Shown: positions 28,050 to 42,659 of the stretch, one piece after another
Position numbering within the stretch: the stretch's first letter is position 1
Layout of the letters: each line of letters begins with the position of its first letter
Source: the human T2T-CHM13v2.0 reference genome, Homo sapiens
Assembly (NCBI RefSeq): GCF_009914755.1
Contig: NC_060925.1
Reading direction: 5' to 3' (one strand)
DNA length: 64,000 bases
Notes under the pieces: generated by a model
What the model saw: the letters and a program-made list of their open reading frames with translations, nothing else
Told to the model about the DNA's origin: nothing
Database searches by the model: none
Translations under genes and position numbers: made by a program

Positions 28050-29183
28050 ATTAAGAAGAAAGCAACAAGCACACCTAGCACCCAGAGATTGGTTTCTAAT
28101 ACCATTCTCCAATGAAAGAAACAAGCACTCCTAAAAGAAATGACTACTTCTATTACTAGAGAAGAAAATATCCAAGATGAGCCCAAAGCTTCTTGGAGTG
28201 CCAGAAGGTAAGGTTCTACTAAAAAAAAAAAAAAAAAAACCAATGAACCAAAAGAAATCTGAACCAAACCAAGACCAAAGCCAAAACAAACACCAAAGAC
28301 TCACTACATTGATACAGGTGTGTCACAGAAGCACAAGAACCAATGGAAAGAGCTCATAATGGCCAAATTTAGAATAATTTGAGCAACAAAACAAATTAAG
28401 TGATGCTGGATAATAACTTAAAGTATCTAATGAATATTCCTGAATCAACATTGATATAAGTAAGCAATTAAAGAAATAAATAAATGGAGAAGAAGAGACA
28501 AATCTCCAATGCAGAAGAATTCCAAATAATTTATATAGATATTCTACTTTGCAGGAGGTAGAGCATAGCTCCTTACTCCCTAAGTGTGACCTGCACATTG
28601 TGACTTTCTTTCAATGTGGAATGGAGGGAGAAGAGGAAATTTACAGTGGATAAACTTAATGAACACTACCTAAATCAGGTGATAGCGGTCAAAATGAACA
28701 GTAGGATGACATGTATATAGTATGTAGCCTTTATGTGCTGAAAATGGCATTTTACATCTCTGGTATTCCTTCCCAAAACCCATCATCTCAATCTAATAAT
28801 GAATGACATTAATAAATCCTAATAGAGATAATCTACAAAATATCTGAGTAATACTCCGCAAACTGTTAAGTTTATCAAAAGCAGGGAAGAAGCTGCCACA
28901 ACTGAAATAAGCCTAAGGATACACGATGGATAAGTGTAGGGCGGCATTTTTAATAGGATACTAGAATTTTAAAACATATTAGGTTAAAAACTGAAAATAT
29001 CTGAATCAAGTATAGATTAACTTCATTTTGCAATAATACATCAATATTACTTTCAACACAAATGTACCATATTAATATAAGATGTTAATAATTAGGTACA
29101 GAGTATATGAGAACTGTCTATTACCTTCACATTTTTTCTGTAAATTTGAAACTGTTCTACAATAGACATTTTGATTTTAAAAA
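28050..29183 (+). mobile_element. L1MC/L1MD-type 3'UTR
   Basis: ggtttctaataccattctccaatgaaagaaac; gcagaagaattccaaataatttat; ends ttttctgtaaatttgaaactgttcta..aaaaa. Confidence 0.8.
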
Positions 29184-29913
29184 GGTAGAAGATAAAGTTC
29201 CATTTTTATTTCCACTTCTTAGCCATCAAATTATTTGGATATTCACTTATTATCTATGCTTAATTTGCCCATATACATTTAAGTGAAAAATAAGCGCTTG
29301 GTTTTCTAATTCATTAAATTGTTATGTGGTTCAAAGGAAACAAACCATGATAAAATATTTAGTAATCTTCAAGGTAGTATTACTAATACTATGTCACATA
29401 ATTAATGTGCTGAAGACTTTTTTAAGTGAGTTTCGACTTTAGTCATTTGTCTTTTTAAAAGAGGAATGTCCAAATTATTAAAATGGTCCTGGAGAAATGA
29501 AAACAATGCCTATTCTTGAAGAGTTCTGAGAAGATAACAGGGAATAATGCAAAGAAATAAGACTTGAAACCGAGTGTTCACTGGTTCACGTGTCTAAATT
29601 TTATCTCTTTAGGATTTCATCTCCGCAGTTAGGTTGCAAATCTCTACAGGAGGAGAGCTATATTTACATTTGAATGTGTTTACATATATTCCCCAAAGGG
29701 TTGAATGTTTCCTAACATTATGAACTATTCTTAATAGATATTTATAATATACATGAATGCATTCGATGCCCCAGAGTAAAAGGGCAAGTCTGACACAGAT
29801 GTCAACTAAGATGCTGAATCTAGGTTTAGCAAAAGATACTGGAGAAGCTAAGTAGGTGGCTACTAAGACTTGTAACATATCTTTTCCCTTATCAACAATT
29901 TTTAAAATAAATT

Positions 29914-30205
29914 GGTTGAACAACATGGCTTATGCCTGTAATCCTAGTACTTTGGGAGGCTGAGGCAGGCAGATCGCTTGAGCCCAGGAGTCCAAGACCA
30001 GCCTGGGCAACACAATGAGACTCTGTCTCTAAAAAATATATATAAAAAAAATAGCCAGACACTGGGACGTGGGCCTGTAGTCCCAGCTATTTGAGGGCTG
30101 AGCTTGAAGGATCACTTGAGCCCCATAGATCAAGGCTGCAGTGAGCTGTGATTGACACAGGTGATACATGCTTGAGTGACGGAGGAAGACCTTGTCTCAA
30201 AAAAT
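29914..30205 (+). mobile_element. AluJ
   Basis: gcttgagcccaggagtccaagaccagcctgggcaac; gatcaaggctgcagtgagctgtgatt; A-tail. Confidence 0.9.
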
Positions 30206-32747
30206 AATAAATTTATTCTAAAAAGTATACTTTAAGCAAATTTCAACTAGATTGGTTTTGGAAGCAGATTTTCTAAAATCAAAGTTAGAAAAGAATAGTG
30301 TGTTTATAGCTGGAATGTGCCCTGTTCTTATATTGGGGAAAATGCTCTTGAAATATACCCATACCGATAAACTTTATGGAATCACACTGAGCAGGAATTA
30401 TTCCTACAATTGTCCCTTCCCTTGGGTCATTTAAATGGTTTAAATTCCATTTAGATATTAGTTGTAGTGGAGCACCATAATTACCTAAGATAAATGCCTC
30501 ATCTACTTTCAAATCTTCATTAATATTAGGTTTTTTTTTTTTTTTGGTGCCCAATACCAAAGCTATTAGAGTTAAGAGTCTGTCAGCATTTCCATTTACA
30601 AACTCTGTTTTTTAGGGTTCATTATCTTTTCTGTTTTGAATTACATTAGTCTGAAAATTAGCTGTCAGCATGAATATGTATTATATTACCCAAACTCCAT
30701 GTACACATCAGTTTGGCAATAGAGAAGGCAGAGATCAGTAACCTCTTTCCTCCTTCTTCATAAAATTCTAAAGGTGTGTTGACTGCTTCATTATCTCATG
30801 GCCAGGCACAGACTAAGCCTTTTAATCATGAACTTTCTCAGAGCATTGGTCCTAAATCTGACCTGATAATTTTGATATTTAAAAATTCATGAAGAAGACA
30901 AATTGAATATGTGTTGCACTTGCTTTTCAATATATAATTCCTTTTTAAGCTTCTGAACAAAATTACAGTCTCATATAATTAGAGATCTAAGAGAGGTACA
31001 CACGGAAAGAAAAAAAAGGAGGGATCTGTGATTTGTGCTATTTCAGCTAAAGAATAAAAGCAAAGTAAATCACAGTGAGCGCTGTTTCATTCATTTTGTT
31101 AGAGACATTTCTTCACTTTCAAGTGGGCAGTGACAGGAGGTGATGTAGCAATCACAACAGAAGTAGCAGCTGCAGGGCATGTGAAATGGTAAAAAAAAGC
31201 ATCTGGAATCTGGGCCACATGATGTACCCCTTCTGTCCAGAGCAAACGCTACAAATGCAATTCTATATTCCTTGTTCTCTCAATGTTTCTTTCACAAATA
31301 TACTCTTAGTTTACTTAATTTGTCACCACCTGTTTCAACATCAAACATCTGTCAATTCTCATTCAGTGTTTATCAGAAAACAGACCTGATATCCCATTTT
31401 GTTTTCTTTTAACATGTAGTTGGGAGAGAGGTAAGATAAGGTAGCAGTGAAATAACTAGCCCTTGCACTATTTTAAAATAGAATGTGGTGTCACACATAG
31501 TCTGTCAGAAATAAAATAATTAAATCTGCCAGGATCACTAGGGCCACAGGCAAGTGACACTAATATGAGAGAAAAATATTGTCTCAGAGGAAATGTTTGA
31601 ATGATAAACTTATCATCTGACCTATTTGTAAGGCAACTGAAAATTAAAGGGAAAATTAAAAAAGAGAAGACAAGAGTATTGTAAGAATTTTGACTATAAA
31701 ATACGCTTTTATGTCTAGGTCAGGCCTAAAGGTACACAGTGGGTAATGTCTACAGAAAGGAGTAAATATGAAAAGTTATATTTATGAACCACAAACAGAA
31801 ACACTTATTAATTTTAAAATATTTTTACCCAACATAGAAGCCATGGACTGGTTAAAATAAAAATAAAATAAAGTACTTTTGTGACACGACAAAGCATTAG
31901 AAGTTCTCTGAATTTATAACTGAAGAAATACCACATTCAAATTCTAATTTCTTATTAAAATAGGGGATCATATTCTGTCACTTAAATTATTAACCTTCCT
32001 GATAGAACTCTGACTCTTGCATAATGGCTCTTACCTAATGTTGGATATTAACTAGTGCTTATCATTAGGAATATCTGATCCATGATGAACTTTGAGATCT
32101 TCATTATTATAATTTCCTCTTCAGCATTTGACAGTTAACACTTACAAGATAATCCAAACAATTTGAAACAGATCTTCCATCTTTCTTCTATTTCAAGTGA
32201 AGATTGAAGTTGCCAAATAGCTCAAGCTAATGTACACATTTATCCAGCCATCAATTCAAATGATGGTTCCTGTGGATCTACATTCCCAACACTGTTCTCT
32301 CAGGACCTTGCATAAAAAGATGGAGAAGATACAATGGCTTTCCTTCAGCAACAGTAAAGGAGAAAAATATAAAGAATTAATTAAAGTACAGATCTTTTAA
32401 ATACGATTTTATGGATGCACAGAAGTCAAATGTAGTTTGGTATATCTTTCATAGAGAAGGTGATATCTTAACTGATCATTGAAGGCAAAAGGAAACATTC
32501 CTAAGCCATGCAACGTGCACCTGATGTATAAGTAATAAAAAAAACTAGTAAGGAGCAAAATAACAGCGAAGGATAAGAAAATCTTGTAGAATGAGAGGGG
32601 CCACAACACACAGTATTCTTTTGATAGATATTTGCTGGATATATGAATGAATTTATGCTTAATAATAGTTACCAAAGCTAACATTCATTATACACAAAAT
32701 GATGTGCATTTTAATAGTGCATATAGCAGCTCTATTACATTATGCTA

Positions 32748-33054
<307 letters not shown>

Positions 33055-33473
33055 TTAATTTATATTTATGACTGTTTCCTTTATGAGATATTACTGTTAC
33101 ATATTAGTATAAATATTTCTTTATCTGTCCTCAATATAACAATAACCTGTTTTGAGTTAAAAGTTTGTTAAATATGGAATTTTTTTGCTAGTTTTGTTTC
33201 AACTTTTAAAATGCTGAGTGTTCTATTATAATTTCAGGAGTCATAGGTCTTCTTTAAAATTTTCTGTAACATTTCAGAGGAAATTATTCTTCTTTTTATG
33301 GGAGAAGTCCTAAAGCCCTCCTTGTGTTTGGCATGAAGAAGAGAAATATACCCCAGTGCTAAATTCCAGACTATTGTTTTCTATAAAAGCAGCTGATTTT
33401 TAATGAAAAATTGTATCAAATTATTGATAATATCTAAAAGCAATCAAAACAATCATATTTTGGTTAATCATAA

Positions 33474-33866
<393 letters not shown>

Positions 33867-34250
33867 TAAAGTGAGAAAGCACCATTAATCTCTTAGAGCA
33901 GCTGTGCCAAAAAATAAATAGTACTGTGATACTGAGTTGGTAGTTAACAAGGCCATAATCAACCACTTGCATTTTCATCGAAAAACTTCAGTTCTGTTTT
34001 ATGCAGTAGAAATTCTTCCTGGTATCACCAATTTTATTGTCGGTGTTGTATCGTGATGTTTCCATTTCTGAAATAAGTTATTGAATTACACATTTATAAA
34101 CAAGTGTTAGTACTTCTTTTATGAAAGTAATTAATTGACTAATTCGAATTGAAATGAGATAATAGATATAATTTGGTTTTACTGAGCTTTTACTTAACCA
34201 TTTTATATGTATCATTTCATTACATTCTTACAATAATTTAATGAAGTAGG

Positions 34251-34794
34251 TGTGGTGGTTAATTTTAGGTGTCAACTTTATTGGATTCAGGAATACCCAG
34301 GGAAATGGTAAAGCATTATTTATGGGTGTGTCTGTGAAGATGTTTCTAGAGGAGACTGGCATGTGGGCTACAGAACTGAGCAGTGGAATATTTGCCCTCA
34401 TTGAGGGCCGGCGCCATCCAATCGGCTGGGGACTTAGATAAAACAAAAAAGCAGAGGAAAGGTGAACTATGTTTTGTCTCTCTTTGAAAGTGGGGACATC
34501 CATTTTCTCCTCTAGGACATCAGAACTCCAGACCCTCCCGCTTCTGGACTCCAGGATTTACACCAACAGTTCCCTGGGGTTATCAGGCTTATAGCCTGGG
34601 ACTGAGAGTTATGTCTTAAGCTTCCCTGGTTCTGAAGCTTTCAAACTTAAGATTGAGCCCCAGTACCAAAATTCCAGGGTCTCCACCTTACTGAAAACAT
34701 GTCTTGGGACATCTCAGACACTATAATCACATGGGCCAATCCCCTTAATAAATATACCCTCATGGATATATATGAGAGACACCTAACTAATACA
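34251..34794 (+). mobile_element. MLT2 (HERV-L) solo LTR, MLT2B-like
   Basis: TGTGGTGGTTAATTTTAGGTGTCAACTT ... CTAACTAATACA. Perfect 5-bp TSD gtagg (34246-34250 / 34795-34799). Confidence 0.92.
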
Positions 34795-34807
34795 GTAGGT
34801 ATTTTAT

Positions 34808-35018
34808 CAGGGCTGAGATTAGGGTGAGATGAGAAAGATGAGTCACGTAAGTTCAGGGCAAATCTTATCTTTATGTAAAACTTCGATATTTTGTTCATCA
34901 TCAATATTTTGCATTTTGATTTTTTAAAATATTATATTAGAATATTAGTTAGCAGATTAATTTGTTTTGGGGTAACCTCTTAAGTTCTGCATACAAGTCA
35001 ACCCTAGTTTCAGCCCTG
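34808..35018. mobile_element. hAT MITE (MER96B-like)
   Basis: TIRs CAGGGCTGAGATTAGGGT / ACCCTAGTTTCAGCCCTG. Perfect 8-bp TSD tattttat (34800-34807 / 35019-35026). Confidence 0.88.
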
Positions 35019-35989
35019 TATTTTATCACCTACATTTTATACATGCAGAATTTGAGGATTAGATGTCTTAAAAGACTTGCCCAGGTTCATACAGCTAGGA
35101 AGTAACTGTATGACCTGTATAACAGAACTGTATAACAGAACTGACCATGTTCTTAAGCATTAGGCTGCATTCATATTTGGGTTGCTGAGTGTACCTGATA
35201 CTTTCTCCTCAAGGAAATATTGATGACTGGATTTTGGTGTACTTATTAGCAAACATATAGAATGCAATTAATTTTAAAGAAAAAGAGTGAAAGAGGACAA
35301 CAAAGGTGAGGCAATTAGGAATGTAAAAATGTTGCCTTTTCCTTGAAGGAGATTATTCTTAAGAGGTTGGGAAGATATTCGGATATATGGTTCCTGGTCT
35401 AAGAACTTCTGGAAAAAGGCAGGTTAAACTCTGCTGTCAAAAATCATATATCGGATTGAGTGGAGGAGAATGACTTAACTCATTTGGACCTAGGATAATT
35501 ACTTAGGGTTTGTGGTAAATATGGAGATATTTACTTCGTTGTAACAGCCCATGGAGCGTTTTCCATATTTCAATCATTTTTCAAAGCCCAATCAAAGTAT
35601 GACAAACTTGATGCCTTTTTGGAAAACTCTCCTATTCCTTTACCAAATTATAGAACCTTATAACAGTTACATGAGTATAACCCTTGAGTATATCTTGTAG
35701 TGTACTCTTTCCTAATTATTGTGCTTATCTCTCTCAAAATGTCTACTGACAGAGAGTAAGGGATAGGTTGTATAAACTTTCTGCCCTCTAGTATCACCAG
35801 CACATAATTTGGCTTTCATAAATGCCTGATACCCAAACTGTAACACAAAGACTTAGCATTACATGATTGTAGATGAGGATAAGAGAAAACACAAGATAGT
35901 GAATTTTAAAAAATATTTTCCAGCACTGGTCTCTGCCCACTTAGGAAGGGTACATTCTCTCTGCAATTTATTTATTTAGAACTCTGTGC

Positions 35990-36470
35990 AACTATTCTCT
36001 TCACCAGCTGTAAAAAAAATATGAACTTTTAGATTATCTCCTTTTAATTTTTTTTTACTTATTGCAGTAACACTACACTTCCTTTCTGCTCCTTGAATTT
36101 TTCCTACTTTAATGTATTTGTATTGCTGGGCATTCACGGAATACTTTTTCACTTAGAATTCATTTGGTCAACTTTTAATTTTGTATATTAACTTAGAGGT
36201 CATCCAACCTACCATATTTTTCCTGACCACCAAGTCTAAGTTAGGTATCCTCTTGTTTTCTATCATAGCACCCTACATTTTCCCTATTCACAACAGATAA
36301 AACTGTGAAATAATTATATATTAATTCTCTGAAATAATTTATACATTAATTAAGAGCAGAGATGAAGACCATTTATATTTACTATTTTATCCATAATACT
36401 TAACACACAATCTACTAAATAGTAGGTACCCAATTTATTGACCCACACTGAATAGTCAGTAAATGGTTAG
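35990..36470 (+). mobile_element. L2 3' fragment
   Basis: ttcctgaccaccaagtctaagttagg..catagcaccc..aatagtaggtacccaatttattga. Confidence 0.6.
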
Positions 36471-36574
36471 ACAAATACATTGAGATGTCAAGGAAGAAGA
36501 AGAGATATGGACTTAGAAGTCACTAGCACATGGACTATGTGATCAAGTTTAGAAGATGTTTTTAAACATCTCTT

Positions 36575-37000
36575 GTCATCTCTGCAATAAAAATAATGAC
36601 AATTTAGAATAACTATATTTCCTAGACTTCCAAAGTAGCTAGGTGGAACTATATGATTAAGTAATTGCCAATGTTAGGTAAAGTGAAGTTCCCCACATCA
36701 GCTTCTGGAAATCGGCCTTAAAAGATGGCTGGGGTATGCCCACTGTCCCTTCTTGTGCTTCCTCCTCTCTGAAATGTAGATGCACTAGTTGTGGCTGAAG
36801 CAGCCACTGCAAACCATAAAGTGGCCTTGGAAACTAAGGCCATGCATTGCAGAATATAAAATAACTCTGTGGAGCAGAACTACCATATCACTTAGGGACA
36901 CCTGAGCTATAAGAAGCCTTATATGCAAAGGAAATTCATGTTAATTTATTTAATCCAATATAATTTTGAGTAACAACTGACCCTAAATGAACATATAATT
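36575..37000 (+). mobile_element. Old MLT1 (I/J/K-like) LTR remnant
   Basis: tatttcctagacttccaaagtagctagg; gaaatgtagatgc..ggctgaagcagccactgcaaaccat. Confidence 0.6.
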
Positions 37001-37051
37001 ACTAACTCAGCAGAGTAGATGAGAGTGTATAATAAGAGCATGTCATTTAAG

Positions 37052-37175
37052 TTTCTTAATGGGTACAATGTATATTATTTGGGTAATGGATACCCTAAAA
37101 GCTCTGACTTCACCACTATACAATGCACGCATGTAATAAAATTGAACTTGTGCTCCATGAACTTAAACAAATCAA
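37052..37175 (+). mobile_element. L1PB/L1MA 3' end fragment
   Basis: cttaatgggtacaatgtatattatttgggtaatggataccctaaaagctctgacttcaccactatacaat. Confidence 0.75.
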
Positions 37176-39024
37176 GAAATGAAGGAATAAATAATTGAGA
37201 TCAATAATAAAACATATACAAATGAAAAAAGCATAGTTCTGTAAAAGTTGAAGAGATCTATCCAATGAAATCCCCAGGGAATTATCAGCAGAAATAATTC
37301 CTTTCAGTCTCAGGTGAAAATCTTTCCTATATGTCTGCACAGTGGCTTTCCTTACTCCCAACATACTACAAGATTTCCTGCATTGTAGCCCCATCACACT
37401 GTTCATTAAGGATCTGTTACATTGTCTGCCATCATCACTAGACTGCAAGATCCTTGAGAAAGGACATATTAGTTGTCCTTTTGAAACCATGAAATATCAG
37501 CTAAGTTGAAGGCTGCCAATACAGACTGAGCAGATTGATGAGTTCCATAAAGTTCCTTACGTCTTTTTCCAATGTAAGTGTCATTTAGAATAATCCAAAG
37601 TAAAACAGAAAAGAGAGATAAGTTTTCAAATAACTTTTCCTCAAGTTATCAAGGTAACCGAAACCAACCTGCTATGTATGGCACGAAACAACCAAATAAC
37701 AACGCACTTTGTACATGATTTTATCATCTCAATGCCAGTGTCATTCTTCCCATTTGCTATTGATTTTTTTGTGTCACTTTACACAATGTGTGAGCCCAGT
37801 AATTCCTTTTCGGGTATATAAATCTTATATATACCTTTCCATTTAGAAATAAAAGCAATGATAATGCACTAAAAGCATTACAATTCCCAAACAATTGATT
37901 CAGAAGGGGAGGAAAGGGCTAAAATGGCATTAGCATTCTTTAAATAAAATCAGTTTAGCACATTATAATGCTCAGAAATTTTTATTCTTATTCAAATAAA
38001 AATTTCTCAATATGTGCTATCTCCATTTGTAGAACAAATCAATATGGAGAGAAATGTATGATATCTATTCATATCTAGCATATATTTTGAATTTCAAGAT
38101 GTGTCAGTGTGAATATATTTTTTCTTTCTCTTTATAAATTATTTTAAAATGTGAAATCAATTTTGAACTATAAGCATCATACAAATGTCTTTGTACTGCC
38201 TAATAAATTATGCTGGTTGAATTTTTTTCTTAAATTATTTTTAATAAGTAAGAAATCTAAATGGAAATGAATCATATGCTTGTACCATTGCTGTCAAAAT
38301 GAGTTTGCATAAAAAGAATATGTATTAATATTGCATAGAAAGACCTTTAGGATATAAAGAATGTGGTTATAGTATTTATGAAGAAAATAATTTTCTGAGT
38401 TAAATTTCAGGAGCAACATTATGCTCTTGATACTGCTACATTAAATACTATTACATTAAAAATACCAAAATGAAAATGCTCACATTAAAATATGAACATT
38501 TTATTATTTTATATTTATAAAATATATAAAATTTTATATTTTATATTTATAAAATATAAAATATCACATTTTGAATAATATTCAGTCTTTCACAGCCCCT
38601 TTTTCATCTTCTTCTCATTCTCTTTAAATGGCTCAAATGCAGATTCAGGTCCCGTATGGTTTTCCTATAAATTTTTCCAGCTTTTCGTGTTTACCCTTTA
38701 CTTTGGTGTGGTATCATAATAATAAGCTAGACAAGATGTCAGGGCATGTGAGATATCTTCCTTATTACCTTCTTAGGGTAATTTTCCCAAACTTTGCAAA
38801 CATAAATTTTGTATAATGTAAAACTGCTTCCAGTGATATCATTCTATGAAAATTGTGATAAGACATTTGAAAAGTATATATTTAAGGTTTATTATTGACA
38901 AAGCAGACACATCTGAGTTGGCAAAATTTGGCAGTAAGTTCTATAATGTTATTGAAAAGTTTGATGGCAAAAGCAAATATTGTTTTGTCTTGTGGCCAAA
39001 AACTGTGTATCCAAGTTATCACAG

Positions 39025-39740
39025 AGGATGGCAGAGTGATAAGCTCCTGGAATAAGTCCCTCCACCAAAACAACTACTAACATGGCAACAACTATTAAAA
39101 TCAACTATTTTGTGACTGTGAAGTCTAACATTTACAACATTCAGGAGAATACATGACGAAGAAAGAGGCAGATAATGTTCCATATATTTCAGTGTTTTTT
39201 TCATAGCAGCTGCCACTCCTTGGCTTCTGAGTAGGCAGCTTCAGGAGACACCTACTTTCACGGTGTAGCTTGCTGGTGCCAGGATGGGCAATAAGAACAG
39301 AGTCCTCCAAGCATTAGAGGTGTGTATCGTGATTTTCCCAGTTGGTCACTGAGAGACTTGCCCAGAGGTTGACCATTATTTCAACCTCATTAAACTAAAT
39401 TAGCTTACTAGGTGGCATCTGCCAAAGGAATTTAAAGAGACAGGATACTTTTTAAATAATTGGATTCAGGCACACAAGGAAATTCCTGTCAGGTTACTAG
39501 CTGTCATGGTGATAGCAGAACAAAGATTTCAGTGACTACATAACAAGAAATAGAGTCCGTACAAAAAAGAGTTCGGAAAGTCACTGAAGACATGGGCAGC
39601 TGTAGCCATTAAAACAGAAAACAAGAATCTGTGAGAACCTGGGAGAATCCAATATCCAGGGATAAAACATTACAATAATCGAAATGCCTAATTCTCAACA
39701 CAACTATAGAAAATAAAAAGAAACTGGAAAGTGTGTAATG
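39025..39740 (+). mobile_element. Old L1M 5'-region remnant
   Basis: ggatggcagagtgataagctcc..ccctccaccaaaacaactac..aatcaactatttt, typical of L1M 5' ends. Confidence 0.5.
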
Positions 39741-39769
39741 TAGATAATATAGATAAAAGTAAACTCATA

Positions 39770-40218
39770 CAATATTCACAATAGCAAAGATATGGAATCA
39801 ACCTAGATGCCTGTTAATGGTGCACTGAATGAAGACAAGATGGTACATATACACCACAGAATATACAAGGCCATAAAAAAAGAACAAGATCATGTCCTTT
39901 GCAGCAACATAGATGGAGCTGGAGGCCATTATAACCAGTGAAGTAACAGGAACAGAAAACCAAATACCATAAATTCTCACTAATAACTGGGAGTTAAACA
40001 CTGAGTACATATAGACACAAAGAAGGGAATAAAAGACATGGGGGCCTACTGGAGGGTGGAGGGTGGAAGGAGGGTGAGGATTGAAAAACTACCTGTCAGA
40101 TACTATGCTTATTACCTGGGTGACAAAATAATATGTACACCAAACCCCAGTGACACACAATTTACCCATGTGACAAAACTGTGGGTGTACTCTATGAACC
40201 TAAAAGTTAGAAAAAAAA
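39770..40218 (+). mobile_element. L1PA15/16-like 3' end (5'-truncated)
   Basis: attcacaatagcaaagatatggaatcaacctagatgcc; gagggtgaggattgaaaaactacc; tgtacaccaaacccc; A tail. Confidence 0.85.
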
Positions 40219-42358
40219 TCCAAGCCACACAATGCTATAGCCTATTCTAGAGATTAATAAACCCTAATATATTGTTTTCTCCTAAAAAAGCCTCATACAA
40301 ATCAACAAAACGGATAAAGAATATGTACAGATAATCATAGTATAACATAAATGGAAAATAACGAAATAAAAAACATTCCAACTCTCACAATTAGATAAAT
40401 GCAAAGTCAAGAATCAAGAAGTGCTGATTGAAAATATAAAATAGACACCATCACACACTGCTTTCAGAAAAACTTGAGAAGAAAATTTTATAAAAGGATT
40501 TAGGAAACTACAATATACTTACTACATCCCTTTGTTTCAGTAATCCATTTCTAGAATTCTAAACTGAAGAAAATCATAAATGCAGACAAAGAATTGCATA
40601 CAAAGACACTTAGTATTATGAGATAAATGATTTATAAATTATAACATAAATGACATCAGAATTGTTAGACAAATGAAGTCTAACTGGGTGGTATAATATA
40701 AAGGTATTAAAACTATGTTTTAAAAGGCTATTTATGAAAATTAAAAAGTGAATATTATGCTAAGTTAAACATATGCCTATACAAAAATTGATTTTAAGTA
40801 TACAGCAATATCTCTATAGCCTTTCAGATTTTAACTATAAACATATATTTTCTTATGTACATAAAAATTGCAGAATATACATAAAAATATCAAGTGTTTA
40901 TTTCTAATTGGAGTAATGATAGAGTAATTTTTACGTTCTTCATTTTCATTTTAGTGTTTTCAAAAATATTTTATAATGACCCTTTATTACTTTCATATTC
41001 AGAAAATAATAATTAACAATATTTTCAAAACAAATCTAAAAGCAGGTTTTTAGCATTCAGTAATGGCAAAATAGGTTATATCAGATAACCCTCCTGCTGA
41101 CAAACATTAAAATCTGTAGACAAAATATAAAAAACAATTCATTAATTGAAGGCACTGTAGAATGAAGAAAAGCAGGCAGATACTGGAGGAGATTAAATCA
41201 TTGAAAGGAGGAAAACACAGGGGGTGAAAGCTACAATTATACAGCTCTTCCCTGAAAACCCTCTTGTCACATGGCTACTAGGTAGAATTCAAACAGAATG
41301 CTGAAGACTTATTTCTTAAAGGATCAAGAGGTATAATTTAGGGTCGCAGCAGGGTCTGAAAATTGAAGGAGAAAATATCGGAATGATAAGATCCACAGAG
41401 TAAGAGCTCCAAAATATGCTTAGAAACATCTAAAATCCTTCACAGATACACAATTATGATGTATTAGGCAAGAGACCACAAAATCAAAAACAATGGGTAG
41501 AAGCTTAAAAATCCAGAGTTCCCATTTGTTGCCTGTCATAGAGGGGAGCAAGTTTGGAGTTTAATTATCAGCAAATTAGAGAGGTTAGCACCACAGATTT
41601 TCCACTGTAGCCAAGAAGTCAAAGGCAACAAGTAAAGGCTCTGTCCAAGGACTAAGGAATTCAGTCTGTAAATTAGGGCATAACTGAAATTTGAACACAA
41701 TAATCAAACCATAGGTCCAGGAAGCTCAGCAAATACTATGAAATAGTAATTACAATGACACTCATATGTAGGCACAATTTTAATTTCAAGTAACCTGTGA
41801 TAATTTAAAACTGCCTACTCTAATCTCTGGAGCAACAATGAAAAATGAATGACACCAGAAAGAATTACGGATAACAAGCCTATAGAGGAGAGAGCATGGT
41901 ATATAAAGAAAAGACTGGAGTGACACAAATGACATGAAATCTAAAAGAACAGAGAGACAAAAAAAAAAAAAAAAGAATCTAACCTAAAAATACCAAAAAG
42001 TGCTATAAATGTAAGTGGATTAAACACTCAAAATTTAAAGGCAGGTAGTTTCAAGCTGAAGAAACATGAAAGACAGGGAAATGATGCCAAGTAAAGAGAT
42101 AAAAAGTTGAAAACACGAAGCCTAAGCAACCTGGTATGCCTATATCCATGTCAAATAAAGCAGGATTTAAGAAAAGGAGTATTACTAGTAATAGAGAAAC
42201 ATTTTGTAATGATGAACACTCGTTCACTGAGATATATAGTATCTCTAGAGATTAAAAAATTCAACCACCTTAAATATATAGCAATTATAATCAAAATTCA
42301 AAATATATAAAACAAAAGTTGCCAGAAACACAGAGAGAAATAGACAAATCCATGCTAA

Positions 42359-42659
<301 letters not shown>

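Noticed and set aside
35115-35143. 13-bp tandem duplication ctgtataacagaa
   Set aside because: Ordinary slippage duplication.
36554-36571. 8-bp inverted repeat agatgttt/aaacatct
   Set aside because: Too short; expected by chance in 64 kb of AT-rich DNA.
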